DNA from: a virus | Lineage: Duplodnaviria; Caudoviricetes | Length of the DNA: 33,505 nt | IMG/VR virus record: IMGVR_UViG_3300025888_000022 | Span: 1-33,505 of that record | Reading direction: 5' to 3' (one strand) | Shown here: in pieces, positions 24,038 through 33,298 of the stretch | Position numbering within the stretch: position 1 is the first letter of the stretch | How the letters are laid out: every line of letters begins with the position of its first letter | Notes under the pieces: generated by a model | The model's database searches: none | What the model was told of the DNA's origin: nothing | The model's input: the letters and a program-made list of their open reading frames with translations, nothing else | Translations under genes and position numbers: made by a program

Positions 24038-24321
24038 GCGAACTGACGCGCGAACAGATTCTCGACAAGGTTGACGAGTTTGCGTACCTCACAGACGGAG
24101 TGGAGGATTGGGAGCGCGCCGACATCATTCGCACCGCGCTCCTTGCCGCATGGAAGCGTGAGGCGTGGCTGGCAGCGCACCACACGGGCTACACGGGTGG
24201 CCTAGAACTAGACCCGCCGAGTCCCGTTTATGTCCATCACGAAGTATGGGCGCACATCGCAGCGGCCCGCCTCACCGCAGCCCGCGAAGCGACGGAAGGA
24301 GCAAGCGATGACACCCTATGA
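24034..24321 (+). CDS. Hypothetical protein
   Basis: GGAGG RBS; GTGA overlap. Confidence 0.6.
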   Translation: MSELTREQILDKVDEFAYLTDGVEDWERADIIRTALLAAWKREAWLAAHHTGYTGGLELDPPSPVYVHHEVWAHIAAARLTAAREATEGASDDTL

Positions 24322-24478
24322 GGTCAAGTTTAGGATGTGCAAAAGTAAGAAGCGCTACGAGACCGTCGGTGCTGCTATCCGCGCAGCCCTCGGGTCGAGC
24401 AAGTCATTCGCTCATGGCTTTCGTTGGTACCGCTGCAAATACTGCGGCAAGTTCCACGTCACGTCTCAGATACACTAG
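24308..24478 (+). CDS. Small C3H zinc-finger phage protein
   Basis: C..K.RY...A...YRCKYCGKFHVTS; AAGGAG RBS. Confidence 0.7.
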   Translation: MTPYEVKFRMCKSKKRYETVGAAIRAALGSSKSFAHGFRWYRCKYCGKFHVTSQIH

Positions 24479-24480
24479 GG

Positions 24481-24918
24481 CTACTTACCGAACAGACTAA
24501 TGAGGCTGATGATGATTCCGACAGCGGCGAACAGATACGCGACGAACACGCTGCCTTGTGACGCTTTGCCCCTCGTCACCGCCAGTTCCTCTTGGACGAC
24601 GGCGATGCTCTTCCCCTGCGTGTCGATTCGACTGTTCGTTTCGCTCACTCGCGCATCGGCGTCGGTCTTTGCTTTAGCCATCGCGCTTTCGGCCTCGCGC
24701 TTTGCTGTCGTCACATCGCCGCGTATTTGGATGAAGTCGCCATCGAATCGCTGACCGCGTTCTTGAAACTGAGCGTGGGTCACGAATATGCTGCTCTGCT
24801 CGTCTATCTTGCAGCGCAGCGTCTCCAGGCCTCCAAGGAACTCGAAACGTATCTTCGAGAGCTCGCTGTAGACCAGCGCTAGTGTTACCCTCTCGGTAGG
24901 TGTGTCGTCGGGGGTCAT
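24481..24918 (-). CDS. Coiled-coil protein with a C-terminal membrane anchor (moron-like)
   Basis: Heptad-rich body, C-terminal VFVAYLFAAVGIIISLISLF; GGAG RBS; own promoter. Confidence 0.7.
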   Translation of the reverse strand: MTPDDTPTERVTLALVYSELSKIRFEFLGGLETLRCKIDEQSSIFVTHAQFQERGQRFDGDFIQIRGDVTTAKREAESAMAKAKTDADARVSETNSRIDTQGKSIAVVQEELAVTRGKASQGSVFVAYLFAAVGIIISLISLFGK

Positions 24919-24962
24919 GGGTCTCCAGAAGGGTATGCTAACTACACGGATAGACGTGGTTC

Positions 24963-25033
24963 ATTATACACCACGATGACTCAGCGAGCAACTCCGATTC
25001 ATCCTTGCACTTCACCGTCCGTTGTGTTAGGGT
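24963..25033. promoter_or_regulatory. Divergent sigma70 promoters
   Basis: Minus strand: TTGCTC(24991-24986)-17-TATAAT(24968-24963). Plus strand: TTGCAC(25005)-17-TAGGGT(25028-25033). Confidence 0.6.
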
Positions 25034-25061
25034 AGACATCCGAGAAGGAGGGGAACGTAAC

Positions 25062-25292
25062 ATGGCACGTCGCAAGACCGTAGAACCTCCGTGCGACCCC
25101 ACGACCGTCGCCACAGGCGACCTCGTGACCGCCCGTATGTACCCGTGCCGGACATACTACAACAAGCCGGTCCTCATCACGGGCACCGTCCGTGAGGTAG
25201 TCGAGGGGTGGCTCTCACTCAAATCAGCGGGCGGGTACCATACCGTGCGGCTCATCGACATCGTGAGAATCAAGGAGGTGCGAGATGTCTGA
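25062..25292 (+). CDS. Small SH3-like hypothetical protein
   Basis: AAGGAGG RBS; GDLVTA...GTVREV..GW all-beta pattern. Confidence 0.6.
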   Translation: MARRKTVEPPCDPTTVATGDLVTARMYPCRTYYNKPVLITGTVREVVEGWLSLKSAGGYHTVRLIDIVRIKEVRDV

Positions 25293-25596
25293 ATGTTGCC
25301 CGACGTGTGGCAAGATACTCGACGAGTTCAGCAACGACCCGCTATACGAGTCGGACGATGAAATCATGCGGTTGCGTGCCGAATTGGTGAGTTGGAACAA
25401 GCACGAGTCGCGGGTTCAAGAAGCATACGACAAGACCCGCACGGCGCTCCTCGACGCGACAGAGGAACGCGGCTGGCTCGCCGACCAATGCAACGTGCTG
25501 CACTCACACCTGAACGCCAGTCCGCCGCTAGGGATGACGGGTTGGCTCGAAGCGGCCATCTTCGCTCGGGAGAACCGAACGGGTGTGCCACGATGA
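25285..25596 (+). CDS. Hypothetical protein (CPTCG plus coiled coil)
   Basis: AAGGAGG RBS. Confidence 0.6.
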   Translation: MSECCPTCGKILDEFSNDPLYESDDEIMRLRAELVSWNKHESRVQEAYDKTRTALLDATEERGWLADQCNVLHSHLNASPPLGMTGWLEAAIFARENRTGVPR

Positions 25597-25678
25597 AGGA
25601 AGCCCTGTACGGCATCGCCACGGGCGTCATCACCGCCGTGCTTATCATCATCGCGCAATGTGTAGAGCGGAGTCAGAG

Positions 25679-25936
25679 ATGAAAAGTCTACACCTAAAGG
25701 AGCATCCACTGACCGCAGACGAGCGTTGTGCAATGTGGCGAGAGTTGCGTCGTGCGATGTGGTCACGCGACCTAGACGTTCTCTGCGACGCGCTCTATCA
25801 CGACCATGCCGCGCTGGCGATGCGGGTCGAGGTGGATAATTTGACGAAGAACGACCCGCCGTGCTTCCGTTGTGCCAAGCGGGGAAACACTAACGGCTAC
25901 TGCGCCCAACCCTGTAACCCCCGGCCTGTGTCCTAA
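25679..25936 (+). CDS. Hypothetical protein
   Basis: MKSLHLKEHP...; C-terminal Cys cluster; abuts the primase. Confidence 0.5.
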   Translation: MKSLHLKEHPLTADERCAMWRELRRAMWSRDLDVLCDALYHDHAALAMRVEVDNLTKNDPPCFRCAKRGNTNGYCAQPCNPRPVS

Positions 25937-28342
25937 ATGACCAACTATCACGCCATCCCCGCGTCGCTCGCGGCAGCACCCAACTGGTTGTGCTACCGAT
26001 TGGTTGATACCGGCAAGGGTAGACTGTCCAAGCCTCCAGTATCGCCCAAGACGGGCATCGTCTGTGCGAAGAACGACATCACGAACCTGACGACGCTCCA
26101 AGACGCGCTCGTCGGGATGGAGCGCTACGACCTCAACGGTGTAGGATTCGTGTTCACCGACGGGTTCATCGCCATCGACCTCGACGACTGTTTCGACGAC
26201 GCGGGCAAACTGCTCCCCGTGGCACAAGACGTGTTCGACCACTTCAGCGGCACGTTCTGGGAGTACAGCCCGAGCGGCAACGGTCTGCACGGGTTCATGC
26301 GTGGGGTCAAGCCGAACGCGAGAACGAAGGATTCCGCGCTCGGCATCGAGGTCTATTCGGGCAGCAACTTCGTCACAGTCACAGGCGACCACGTTGACGG
26401 CACGGGGGCCGACGCAATCGAGGAGCAGGACGCGCTCGACTGGCTCTACGACAAGTACCTGCCGCCCATCGTGTCGGCGAACGCCGAGCACCCACCCGTC
26501 GAGCATGGCAAGCGCACCCCTGCCGAGTGGCTGGCGTTCGGCATCGCACACGATACCAAGATGCGTGAGACCTACAACAACACCGACCACACGGGCGACG
26601 AGTCGTCCAGCGACTTCCGTCTGCTTTCCAAACTGGCGTACTGGCTCAACCGCGACGAGACTGCGGTCCTCGCGGCGTTCATGGCGTCTCCGTGGACACG
26701 GACGAAGGACAAGGCGCACGCGACGAAGTTGGAGCGGGCAGACTACCTGCCTGACTCGGTAGCGAAGGCCGTCATGCTCTGTTCCTCCACCGCCAATGAG
26801 GGCGCACGGCAGGACGAGACGAAGGCGGTGCGTTTTTTCACTCAAGGCCCGGAGCCTGAGACTGAGGAGGACTTCCCCCTCTCAGACTACACCGACCTCG
26901 GCAACGCTATCGCTATGGCTCAGGTATACGGTGAGGGTCTGTGCTACGCGCCCGAGTGGGGTTGGTGCTTCTTCAACGGGTCACGATGGGAGACGGATGT
27001 CACCTTCCGTGCGATGGTCGCGTCGAAAGACATCGCGGTAGCACTCATGGACGCTGCGAAGGCGTGGGTCGATAGAGTCACCGCCGAGTTGGACGCTGAT
27101 GCGCTCGCTCCCGACTCCGAGGAGGGGAAGCGCAGACTCAAGCCCGCGCACACCCTCTACGCCCACGCGCTGAAGTCTCAATCCGAGCACGGCATCACCG
27201 CGATGGTCACGCTGAACAAGTCGTACATGCTGTCTCCCGCCGACACGTTCAATACCGACCCGTGGCTGCTCAACACGCCCACGGGTGTCGTTGACCTCAA
27301 GACTGGCGAGGTCATGCCGCACGACTCCAAGTACCGACTCACCTATTCGAGCGCGGTAGCACCTCAGACCATGCCTACGCCCATGTTCGATGCGTTTCTG
27401 GACAAGGTGTTCTGTCACGACCCCGACCTCATCGACTTCGTACAGCGGGTGTTCGGGTCCGCGCTCGTTGGTAAGGTCTACACCGAAAACCTAATCATAG
27501 CCAACGGATGTGGGTCCAACGGCAAGTCCACGCTGTTCAACACGGTGCAGTATCTTCTAGGAGACTACGCGACATCCATCGACCCCAACCTGCTCATGGC
27601 GTCCAAGCCGACCGAGCAGGCTGTCGGCATGGCGATGATGCAGGGCAAGCGGTTCGCTGTGGCACAGGAGACCGAGGAGGGTCAACGACTGTCGTCGTCC
27701 ATGCTCAAGCGTATGGTATCCACGGACGTGATGGTCGCCAAGAAACTCTACAAAGACCCCCACGAGTTCACACCGTCGCACACGCTGGTGCTGAGTACGA
27801 ACCACCTGCCGAAAATCAGCAGCACCGACACGGGCACATGGCGACGCATCATCGTCCTACCATTCGAGGCGGTTATCCTACCATCGGAGATAATTACCGA
27901 CTTCCACTCGATACTCATGGAGCGTGAAGGCGCGGGTATCCTCCAGTGGTGCGTGGAAGGGGCGGTCAAGTTCTACGAGATGGGCTGCGACATTCCCATC
28001 AAGCCCGAGGCGGTCATGCGCGTGAGCGCCGAGTACCGCGTCGATGAGGACTGGGTGGCTAGGTTCACGGGTGAGTGCTGCACGGCGGGCGACCCGCACG
28101 ACGAGTCCGTGCTGTTGAAGCACAACGACCTGTATCGCATCTACCAGCATTGGGCGAAGAACAACGGTGAGTATGTCAGGAGCACCAACGCACTCAGTCG
28201 TGCGCTCCAGACATCTGGCTGGCTCGGTAAGCAGAAATGGTTTGACGAGGACAGCAAGGCGACCGTGAAAGTGTGGTTCGGCTATGCGATGCTAGACGGC
28301 GGCAGGAAGTTCACACTCACACAGACGGGGGAGAAGGTATGA
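25937..28342 (+). CDS. Primase-polymerase / D5-type SF3 helicase (P4-family primase)
   Basis: N-terminal prim-pol (IDLDDC, EYSPSGNGLH), SSSDF helical domain, D5_N (TDLGNA, LLNTPTGVVDLKTG), Walker A GCGSNGKST, STNHLP, WRRIIVLPF. Confidence 0.93.
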   Translation: MTNYHAIPASLAAAPNWLCYRLVDTGKGRLSKPPVSPKTGIVCAKNDITNLTTLQDALVGMERYDLNGVGFVFTDGFIAIDLDDCFDDAGKLLPVAQDVFDHFSGTFWEYSPSGNGLHGFMRGVKPNARTKDSALGIEVYSGSNFVTVTGDHVDGTGADAIEEQDALDWLYDKYLPPIVSANAEHPPVEHGKRTPAEWLAFGIAHDTKMRETYNNTDHTGDESSSDFRLLSKLAYWLNRDETAVLAAFMASPWTRTKDKAHATKLERADYLPDSVAKAVMLCSSTANEGARQDETKAVRFFTQGPEPETEEDFPLSDYTDLGNAIAMAQVYGEGLCYAPEWGWCFFNGSRWETDVTFRAMVASKDIAVALMDAAKAWVDRVTAELDADALAPDSEEGKRRLKPAHTLYAHALKSQSEHGITAMVTLNKSYMLSPADTFNTDPWLLNTPTGVVDLKTGEVMPHDSKYRLTYSSAVAPQTMPTPMFDAFLDKVFCHDPDLIDFVQRVFGSALVGKVYTENLIIANGCGSNGKSTLFNTVQYLLGDYATSIDPNLLMASKPTEQAVGMAMMQGKRFAVAQETEEGQRLSSSMLKRMVSTDVMVAKKLYKDPHEFTPSHTLVLSTNHLPKISSTDTGTWRRIIVLPFEAVILPSEIITDFHSILMEREGAGILQWCVEGAVKFYEMGCDIPIKPEAVMRVSAEYRVDEDWVARFTGECCTAGDPHDESVLLKHNDLYRIYQHWAKNNGEYVRSTNALSRALQTSGWLGKQKWFDEDSKATVKVWFGYAMLDGGRKFTLTQTGEKV

Positions 28343-28566
28343 CGCGAGGTCATCTGGACTACGACGTGGACCTGTTCGACGACCCGCTCGATGATGACTT
28401 CGACGAACTCGATGGGTTTCATCGAGTGGTTGACATTCCCAACGATGACGCGTATGGTGATGTCCCCGAGTGTGACTTCGGGTTCGGAGACAGCGACGGG
28501 TACTGTATCAAATCGAAGTACGGATGTCATATCGTTGGCTGTGAGTTCGCAACAGAAATCAACTGA
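28339..28566 (+). CDS. Small acidic Cys-containing protein
   Basis: ATGA overlap; GGAG RBS. Confidence 0.55.
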   Translation: MTRGHLDYDVDLFDDPLDDDFDELDGFHRVVDIPNDDAYGDVPECDFGFGDSDGYCIKSKYGCHIVGCEFATEIN

Positions 28567-28577
28567 GGAACAGACAC

Positions 28578-28787
28578 ATGTCAAAGCAATCGGTCCCCTG
28601 TCATCGTTGTGGATTCCCTGCGCGCAGGGGAGCGCTACCCATCCTCTGGCGCAGTGATGAAACTGGTACTGGACGCGCGGCGTTTTGTAGTGTAGCGTGT
28701 CTGGAAGCGGCACTCGGTGGACATCTACGCGAACCGTGGCGCGCACTTCAACTAGCCGTCGAGGATGCAACCCAACCTTCTCAATAG
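28578..28787 (+). CDS. Small zinc-finger protein
   Basis: CHRCG...FCSVAC (TRASH/FCS-like); GAGG RBS. Confidence 0.6.
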   Translation: MSKQSVPCHRCGFPARRGALPILWRSDETGTGRAAFCSVACLEAALGGHLREPWRALQLAVEDATQPSQ

Positions 28788-28806
28788 GAAAGCAAAGGTT
28801 CACAAA

Positions 28807-29316
28807 ATGAAGCCATCGCGGGGCAGGATAGACCAAGACAAATATGACTGGGTTGAGATACCCGGTTCTCCCAAGTATTATGCGTGCCGTGAAGGATTCA
28901 TCCTTGGGAAGTTTGGACGTATACTTCAGCCGTGGGCGCTACGCGGCGGGTATCGACAAGTGCAGACGTGCAGCGGGCGGTACTGCGTTCATGCTCTCAT
29001 CGCGCGCTGTTTTATTCCTAATCCGGACAACAAACCACAGGTCAACCACAAAAACTCCACGAGGTCAGATAACTGCGCGGAGAACTTGGAGTGGGTAACT
29101 GCAAAAGAGAATCTGGCCCACGCGGTTGCACATGACCGAATGGCGCGCGGTGAACGGAATCCGAACCACAAGTTGACGGAGGCGTCCGTTCGGACGATAC
29201 GCGCGGCCACGGGTATACCACAACGCACACTGGCGTTGGAATACGGGGTGTCGCAGGCGACCGTGTGGAGCGTGTTGCACGGAGATACGTGGACTCGCGT
29301 GGCGATGTCGGCATGA
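28807..29316 (+). CDS. HNH homing endonuclease (NUMOD4/I-HmuI-like) upstream of the DNA polymerase
   Basis: W..IPG...Y; VHALIARCFIPNPDNKPQVNHKN..RSDN..ENLEWVT.KEN..HA; C-terminal HTH. Confidence 0.88.
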   Translation: MKPSRGRIDQDKYDWVEIPGSPKYYACREGFILGKFGRILQPWALRGGYRQVQTCSGRYCVHALIARCFIPNPDNKPQVNHKNSTRSDNCAENLEWVTAKENLAHAVAHDRMARGERNPNHKLTEASVRTIRAATGIPQRTLALEYGVSQATVWSVLHGDTWTRVAMSA

Positions 29317-32009
29317 CTCACGACCTGTGGTTCAGCGATTTCGAATGTTTCGCGCACGATTGGTTGTTTGTTGCCAAACGACAGCGCGATGGCGAGACGA
29401 TATCGTGTTGGAACGACCCGGAGACCGTTCAAGATTTCGTAGAACTAATGACTCCCGTGCTCGTGGGTTTCAACTATCGTGACTATGATTCTTGGTTGCT
29501 CAAAGGCATCTTGTTGGGCTGGTCGCCAGAAGAAATCAAACACATCAACGATACGATAATCCACGAGTCGGACCGTTCGATGACATGGAATCTATTTCAG
29601 GGATGTTGGGTAGACTTGCCGCCCATCATCGACCTCATCCCCGACATTGTTCCGCGCATGGGCCTCAAGAACATCGAGGCCAACATCGGCATGTCCATCG
29701 TCGAGTCGTCCGTCCCGTTCGACATCGACCGGCGGCTGACCGCCGACGAGCGCGACGAGGTGCTGCGGTACTGTGTACACGATGTCGAAGCCACGGAAGC
29801 GCTGTACGCGCTGCGGTTCGACTACCTGACCGCGAAAACGAACCTCTGTGAACTCAAGGGCATCGACCCCCTGACGATGCTGAAGCACTCCAACGCGCGC
29901 ATCGTCAGTGAAGTCATGGAGGCTGTCCGCACCACGCCGTCGTTCGAGACGTACGCCATCCCCGAGAACATAGATATCACGACCATCCCAGATGATGTAG
30001 TTAACTATGTCATGATGCTGAATACCGACAACTGCACCGACAAGTCCTATCCGTCGCTGGAGTTTCTGTTCCACGGTTGTCCGACCGTCGTGGGTCTTGG
30101 GGGCATCCACGCCGCTGTGCCGTCGTACATGGAGCACGCCACCGACGCGCGGGCTATCCTGATGCAGGACATCGGGTCGTACTACCCATCTCTCATCATC
30201 AACAATGGTTATATGAGTCGTGCGGTCCCCGACGTGAGAGTGTACGAGCGCTTCTACGACACGCGCATGGCAGCGAAGGCGATGGGTGACAAGGCCACAG
30301 CCGACGCCGCGAAACTCGTGTTGAACACAACCTACGGCACGATGAAGGACACATACAACAAGATGTTCGACCCGATGCAGGCTACACGAGTGTGCCTGTC
30401 GGGTCAACTTTACATCATCGACCTCATCGAGACCATGTACCGCGCGGCAGGAGACGGCCTGACGCTCGTGCAACTCAACACCGACGGATGGGTCGTTTCG
30501 TGCCCCCGCGAGGCGCTACGGACCGTACAGCAAGCCGTGGAGGCATGGCAGGCCCGGACGGGGCTGGTCGTCGAGACCGACGAGGTTGCCATCATCGTGC
30601 AAGCCAACGTGAACAACTACGCCCTACGGTTCGCCGACGGCAAGAACAAGGCGAAGGGTGGTGTCGTCGCCAAGTGGGCGGGTGGGGACTTCAAGTCGAA
30701 TAGCGCCACCATCATCGACGCTGCGGTGTTGTCATTCCTGCTGGATGACGTGCCGATTGCAGACACGATAGATGCGTGTTCTGACATCGAGCGGTTCCAA
30801 ATCGTCGCCAAGGCGGGGCGGACGTTCAGTAAGGTCGTGCATCAGCAGTTCTATCCCGATAACGAGTCGGCGGCGAATCCCATCGAAGTCGAGACTCAGC
30901 GCTGTAACCGGGTATACGCCACGACCGACATTTGGATGGGTGGCATCTTCAAGGTCAAGATGGAGGACGGAAAGGAGACGGGTCGGTCGCGTATCCCGCT
31001 CACCCCCGAGCACTGTTTCGTTGACAACGAGAATCTATGGCAGAAGAATGGCGATTTGGCATTGACAACGCTCGACAAGTCGTGGTACGCTGCTCTGGCA
31101 ACCGAAAAAGCCAAGGCATTCATCACCCGAGACAAGAAGGAGAAGGACCAGATGTCAGAAGTCACAGAGTCCACTAACGAGTTGAAGGACAAGCCCAAGC
31201 CGACGCGCAAGGCAAAGGACACCGTAGTCGAAGCACCGGCAATCCCGTTGTTCGCTGAGAAGTTGCAGACGCTCAACGCCATGATGCTCACAGGCAGCAC
31301 TGGGGTGTCATTCGACAAGGTGGTGTCTGTCGGCGGTGGCTCGTCGGTCGAGTACGCCGACACACAGCAGTATAAGTCGTGGTTCGCGCAGGCGTGTCAG
31401 AAGGTCGGGTTGGTCGCCAAACTCGACCTCACGACGCGGTTTCTCGGAGTAGTCACTCCCGAAGGAAAGACACCCAGTTACGGCGCGCAGGCTGACGGTT
31501 GGATTGCGCTGCGCGATGTCAATGACTTCGATTCGGTCGAGACCTACTCCGTGTCGGGATTCGCCGCCAACGTGCAGCCGGGATTCTGTTCTGGCGCGGC
31601 ACAGACCAACGCGCTGCGGAACTTCCTGCTCAACAACTTCATGCTCGACAACAAGGGCCGCGAGGGCGACGACCAAGCGTTCTCTGCGGCCACCGACGGC
31701 GGGGCGAAGAACGGATATGTCGCACCCGCAGCCAAGGCTGAGATGAAGCAGGGCATCGCCGCTGACAAGGCCGAGGCCGCGTCGTTCGCCACGGACATGT
31801 TCGCCAAGGCGCTCTACGACAATATCATCGCGGCTCAGGCCATCGACCCGAAGTTCTGCGTCAAGATGGTTGCGGAGCACTTCGAGAAGGACGGCACGCC
31901 CAAACTCAGGGCTGACGGCAAGTCCACGCTCGACAAGGTGAAGGCCGTCAACGCTCTGAACAAGGCCGAGGAAATCATCGCCACCGTGCCGAAGCCCGAG
32001 GCTGAGTAA
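29313..32009 (+). CDS. Family-B-like phage DNA polymerase fused in frame to a C-terminal Erf-like ssDNA-annealing domain (898 aa)
   Basis: Exonuclease motifs DFE, GFN..YD, YC.HDV; polymerase motifs DIGSYYPS, KLVLNTTYG, NTDG; typical end LDKSWY..LA. Continues without a stop into GAAQTNALRNFLLNNF...EGDD (Erf-like). Confidence 0.88.
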   Translation: MTHDLWFSDFECFAHDWLFVAKRQRDGETISCWNDPETVQDFVELMTPVLVGFNYRDYDSWLLKGILLGWSPEEIKHINDTIIHESDRSMTWNLFQGCWVDLPPIIDLIPDIVPRMGLKNIEANIGMSIVESSVPFDIDRRLTADERDEVLRYCVHDVEATEALYALRFDYLTAKTNLCELKGIDPLTMLKHSNARIVSEVMEAVRTTPSFETYAIPENIDITTIPDDVVNYVMMLNTDNCTDKSYPSLEFLFHGCPTVVGLGGIHAAVPSYMEHATDARAILMQDIGSYYPSLIINNGYMSRAVPDVRVYERFYDTRMAAKAMGDKATADAAKLVLNTTYGTMKDTYNKMFDPMQATRVCLSGQLYIIDLIETMYRAAGDGLTLVQLNTDGWVVSCPREALRTVQQAVEAWQARTGLVVETDEVAIIVQANVNNYALRFADGKNKAKGGVVAKWAGGDFKSNSATIIDAAVLSFLLDDVPIADTIDACSDIERFQIVAKAGRTFSKVVHQQFYPDNESAANPIEVETQRCNRVYATTDIWMGGIFKVKMEDGKETGRSRIPLTPEHCFVDNENLWQKNGDLALTTLDKSWYAALATEKAKAFITRDKKEKDQMSEVTESTNELKDKPKPTRKAKDTVVEAPAIPLFAEKLQTLNAMMLTGSTGVSFDKVVSVGGGSSVEYADTQQYKSWFAQACQKVGLVAKLDLTTRFLGVVTPEGKTPSYGAQADGWIALRDVNDFDSVETYSVSGFAANVQPGFCSGAAQTNALRNFLLNNFMLDNKGREGDDQAFSAATDGGAKNGYVAPAAKAEMKQGIAADKAEAASFATDMFAKALYDNIIAAQAIDPKFCVKMVAEHFEKDGTPKLRADGKSTLDKVKAVNALNKAEEIIATVPKPEAE
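31152..32009 (+). CDS. Erf-like single-strand annealing protein, possible internal start (285 aa)
   Basis: AAGGAG(AAGG) RBS before in-frame ATG 31152; L.EKL..EYAD...G.A.T.A.R.FL...F....D motif. Confidence 0.6.
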   Translation: MSEVTESTNELKDKPKPTRKAKDTVVEAPAIPLFAEKLQTLNAMMLTGSTGVSFDKVVSVGGGSSVEYADTQQYKSWFAQACQKVGLVAKLDLTTRFLGVVTPEGKTPSYGAQADGWIALRDVNDFDSVETYSVSGFAANVQPGFCSGAAQTNALRNFLLNNFMLDNKGREGDDQAFSAATDGGAKNGYVAPAAKAEMKQGIAADKAEAASFATDMFAKALYDNIIAAQAIDPKFCVKMVAEHFEKDGTPKLRADGKSTLDKVKAVNALNKAEEIIATVPKPEAE

Positions 32010-32010
32010 C

Positions 32011-32247
32011 ATGCTAGACGACAATGCAAACGCCACCCTCGTCGGGTTCGAGATGAACACCATCCTGACGCAGGACTGGGACGAGCACTTTGCCCGTCAT
32101 ATCTCGGACGGCACCGCGAATCTCGAACTGCGCTGCGACGATGACGGCGTGCTGGTCAAGATGGACAGCGTGCAGAGCGACCAGTGGGTCGGGTTGGCTC
32201 TCGGTTCCCGCGTCCGCGTGGACATCAACCTGCGACCGGAGGTCTGA
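32011..32247 (+). CDS. Hypothetical protein
   Basis: 78-aa ORF filling the gap between Erf and the exonuclease. Confidence 0.55.
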   Translation: MLDDNANATLVGFEMNTILTQDWDEHFARHISDGTANLELRCDDDGVLVKMDSVQSDQWVGLALGSRVRVDINLRPEV

Positions 32248-32248
32248 T

Positions 32249-33298
32249 ATGGCTCCCAAGTTCAAGCCGTGGGAGCCTGTGAGTGACAACACGATTCGTG
32301 TATCCACAGGACCGACGAGTAATCCCAAGAAGATGACGGGTACGCGCCTTGGTGCCATCCTCGGAGTCAACAAGTACAAGTCTGACTTCGGTGCGTGGTG
32401 CGAGATAGTCCGAGTCGCAGAGGACACATTCGTCGAGTCGAAGTACACGCGCGCAGGCATCGCCATCGAGCCTATTCTCGGTGAGTGGTGCAAGGAGAAC
32501 GTCAGTCCGTACATCGTGACACCCGAGCAATGGTTCGGTACTTCCGAAAAGTTGTACGACCACTTCCCGAATGAGCCTGTGTTCGGTGGCATGTGGGACT
32601 TCCTCGTGCTAGACAAGCCGTGGAAGGGCACGCGCACGGGGGTCAAGGTAGTCGGGGTCATCGAGGCTAAGACCTCATCCCGTCCGCAGGATTGGGTGGA
32701 CGGTGTGCCCGAGTCCTACGCGGTACAGGCACTCAATTATGGGTACCTACTCGGTGTGGACCGGGTGTTCGTCCCCGTGGCGTTCCTCGATGATGAGGAC
32801 TACAACCACCCCGAGAAGTTCGTCTGCACGGCGACCAACACGCAACTCTACGAACTGAAGGTCTCTGAGAGCGACATCGGTCTCGGCATGGAGAATGCGC
32901 TGGTGTGGTACGAGGCTCATGTTCTCGGCAACGTCTCGCCGCCGTTCGACGAGAAGAAGGACAAGGTGTTTTTGCAGGTGCTTCGCAAGTCCGAGGTCAA
33001 GAGTGACGGACTGGAGACTCTAGCAAAGCGGGCTGCTATTCTCGAAGCCAAGATAGAAGCCGCAGTTGCTACGGCGGGGCTGGCTGAGATGGAGAAGGAA
33101 CTCAAGGGTCTGAAGGACTCAATGAAGCCCTCGTTCATAGCGCTGTTCAAGGATACCGACGACACAGTTTCCGCCTACGGGTGGCGCGTGAAGCGGTCAA
33201 CTACCGTCACCATCGACAAAGAAGCCCTCGCTGCTGACGACCTGCTGGACAAGTACAGCGTCGAGGTACCCCGATACACGTTGACCAAGGACAAGTAG
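32249..33298 (+). CDS. YqaJ/lambda-exonuclease-family viral recombinase nuclease
   Basis: Start re-called to ATG 32249 (GGAGG). TGTRLGAILGVNKYKS, AG..IEP, WDFL, IEAKT and YAVQ..Y PD-(D/E)xK motifs. Confidence 0.88.
   Translation: MAPKFKPWEPVSDNTIRVSTGPTSNPKKMTGTRLGAILGVNKYKSDFGAWCEIVRVAEDTFVESKYTRAGIAIEPILGEWCKENVSPYIVTPEQWFGTSEKLYDHFPNEPVFGGMWDFLVLDKPWKGTRTGVKVVGVIEAKTSSRPQDWVDGVPESYAVQALNYGYLLGVDRVFVPVAFLDDEDYNHPEKFVCTATNTQLYELKVSESDIGLGMENALVWYEAHVLGNVSPPFDEKKDKVFLQVLRKSEVKSDGLETLAKRAAILEAKIEAAVATAGLAEMEKELKGLKDSMKPSFIALFKDTDDTVSAYGWRVKRSTTVTIDKEALAADDLLDKYSVEVPRYTLTKDK

Noticed and set aside
25937-32009. Inteins or introns in the primase or polymerase
   Set aside because: Motif spacing looks normal with no intein splice motifs; the extra polymerase length is explained by the Erf-like tail.
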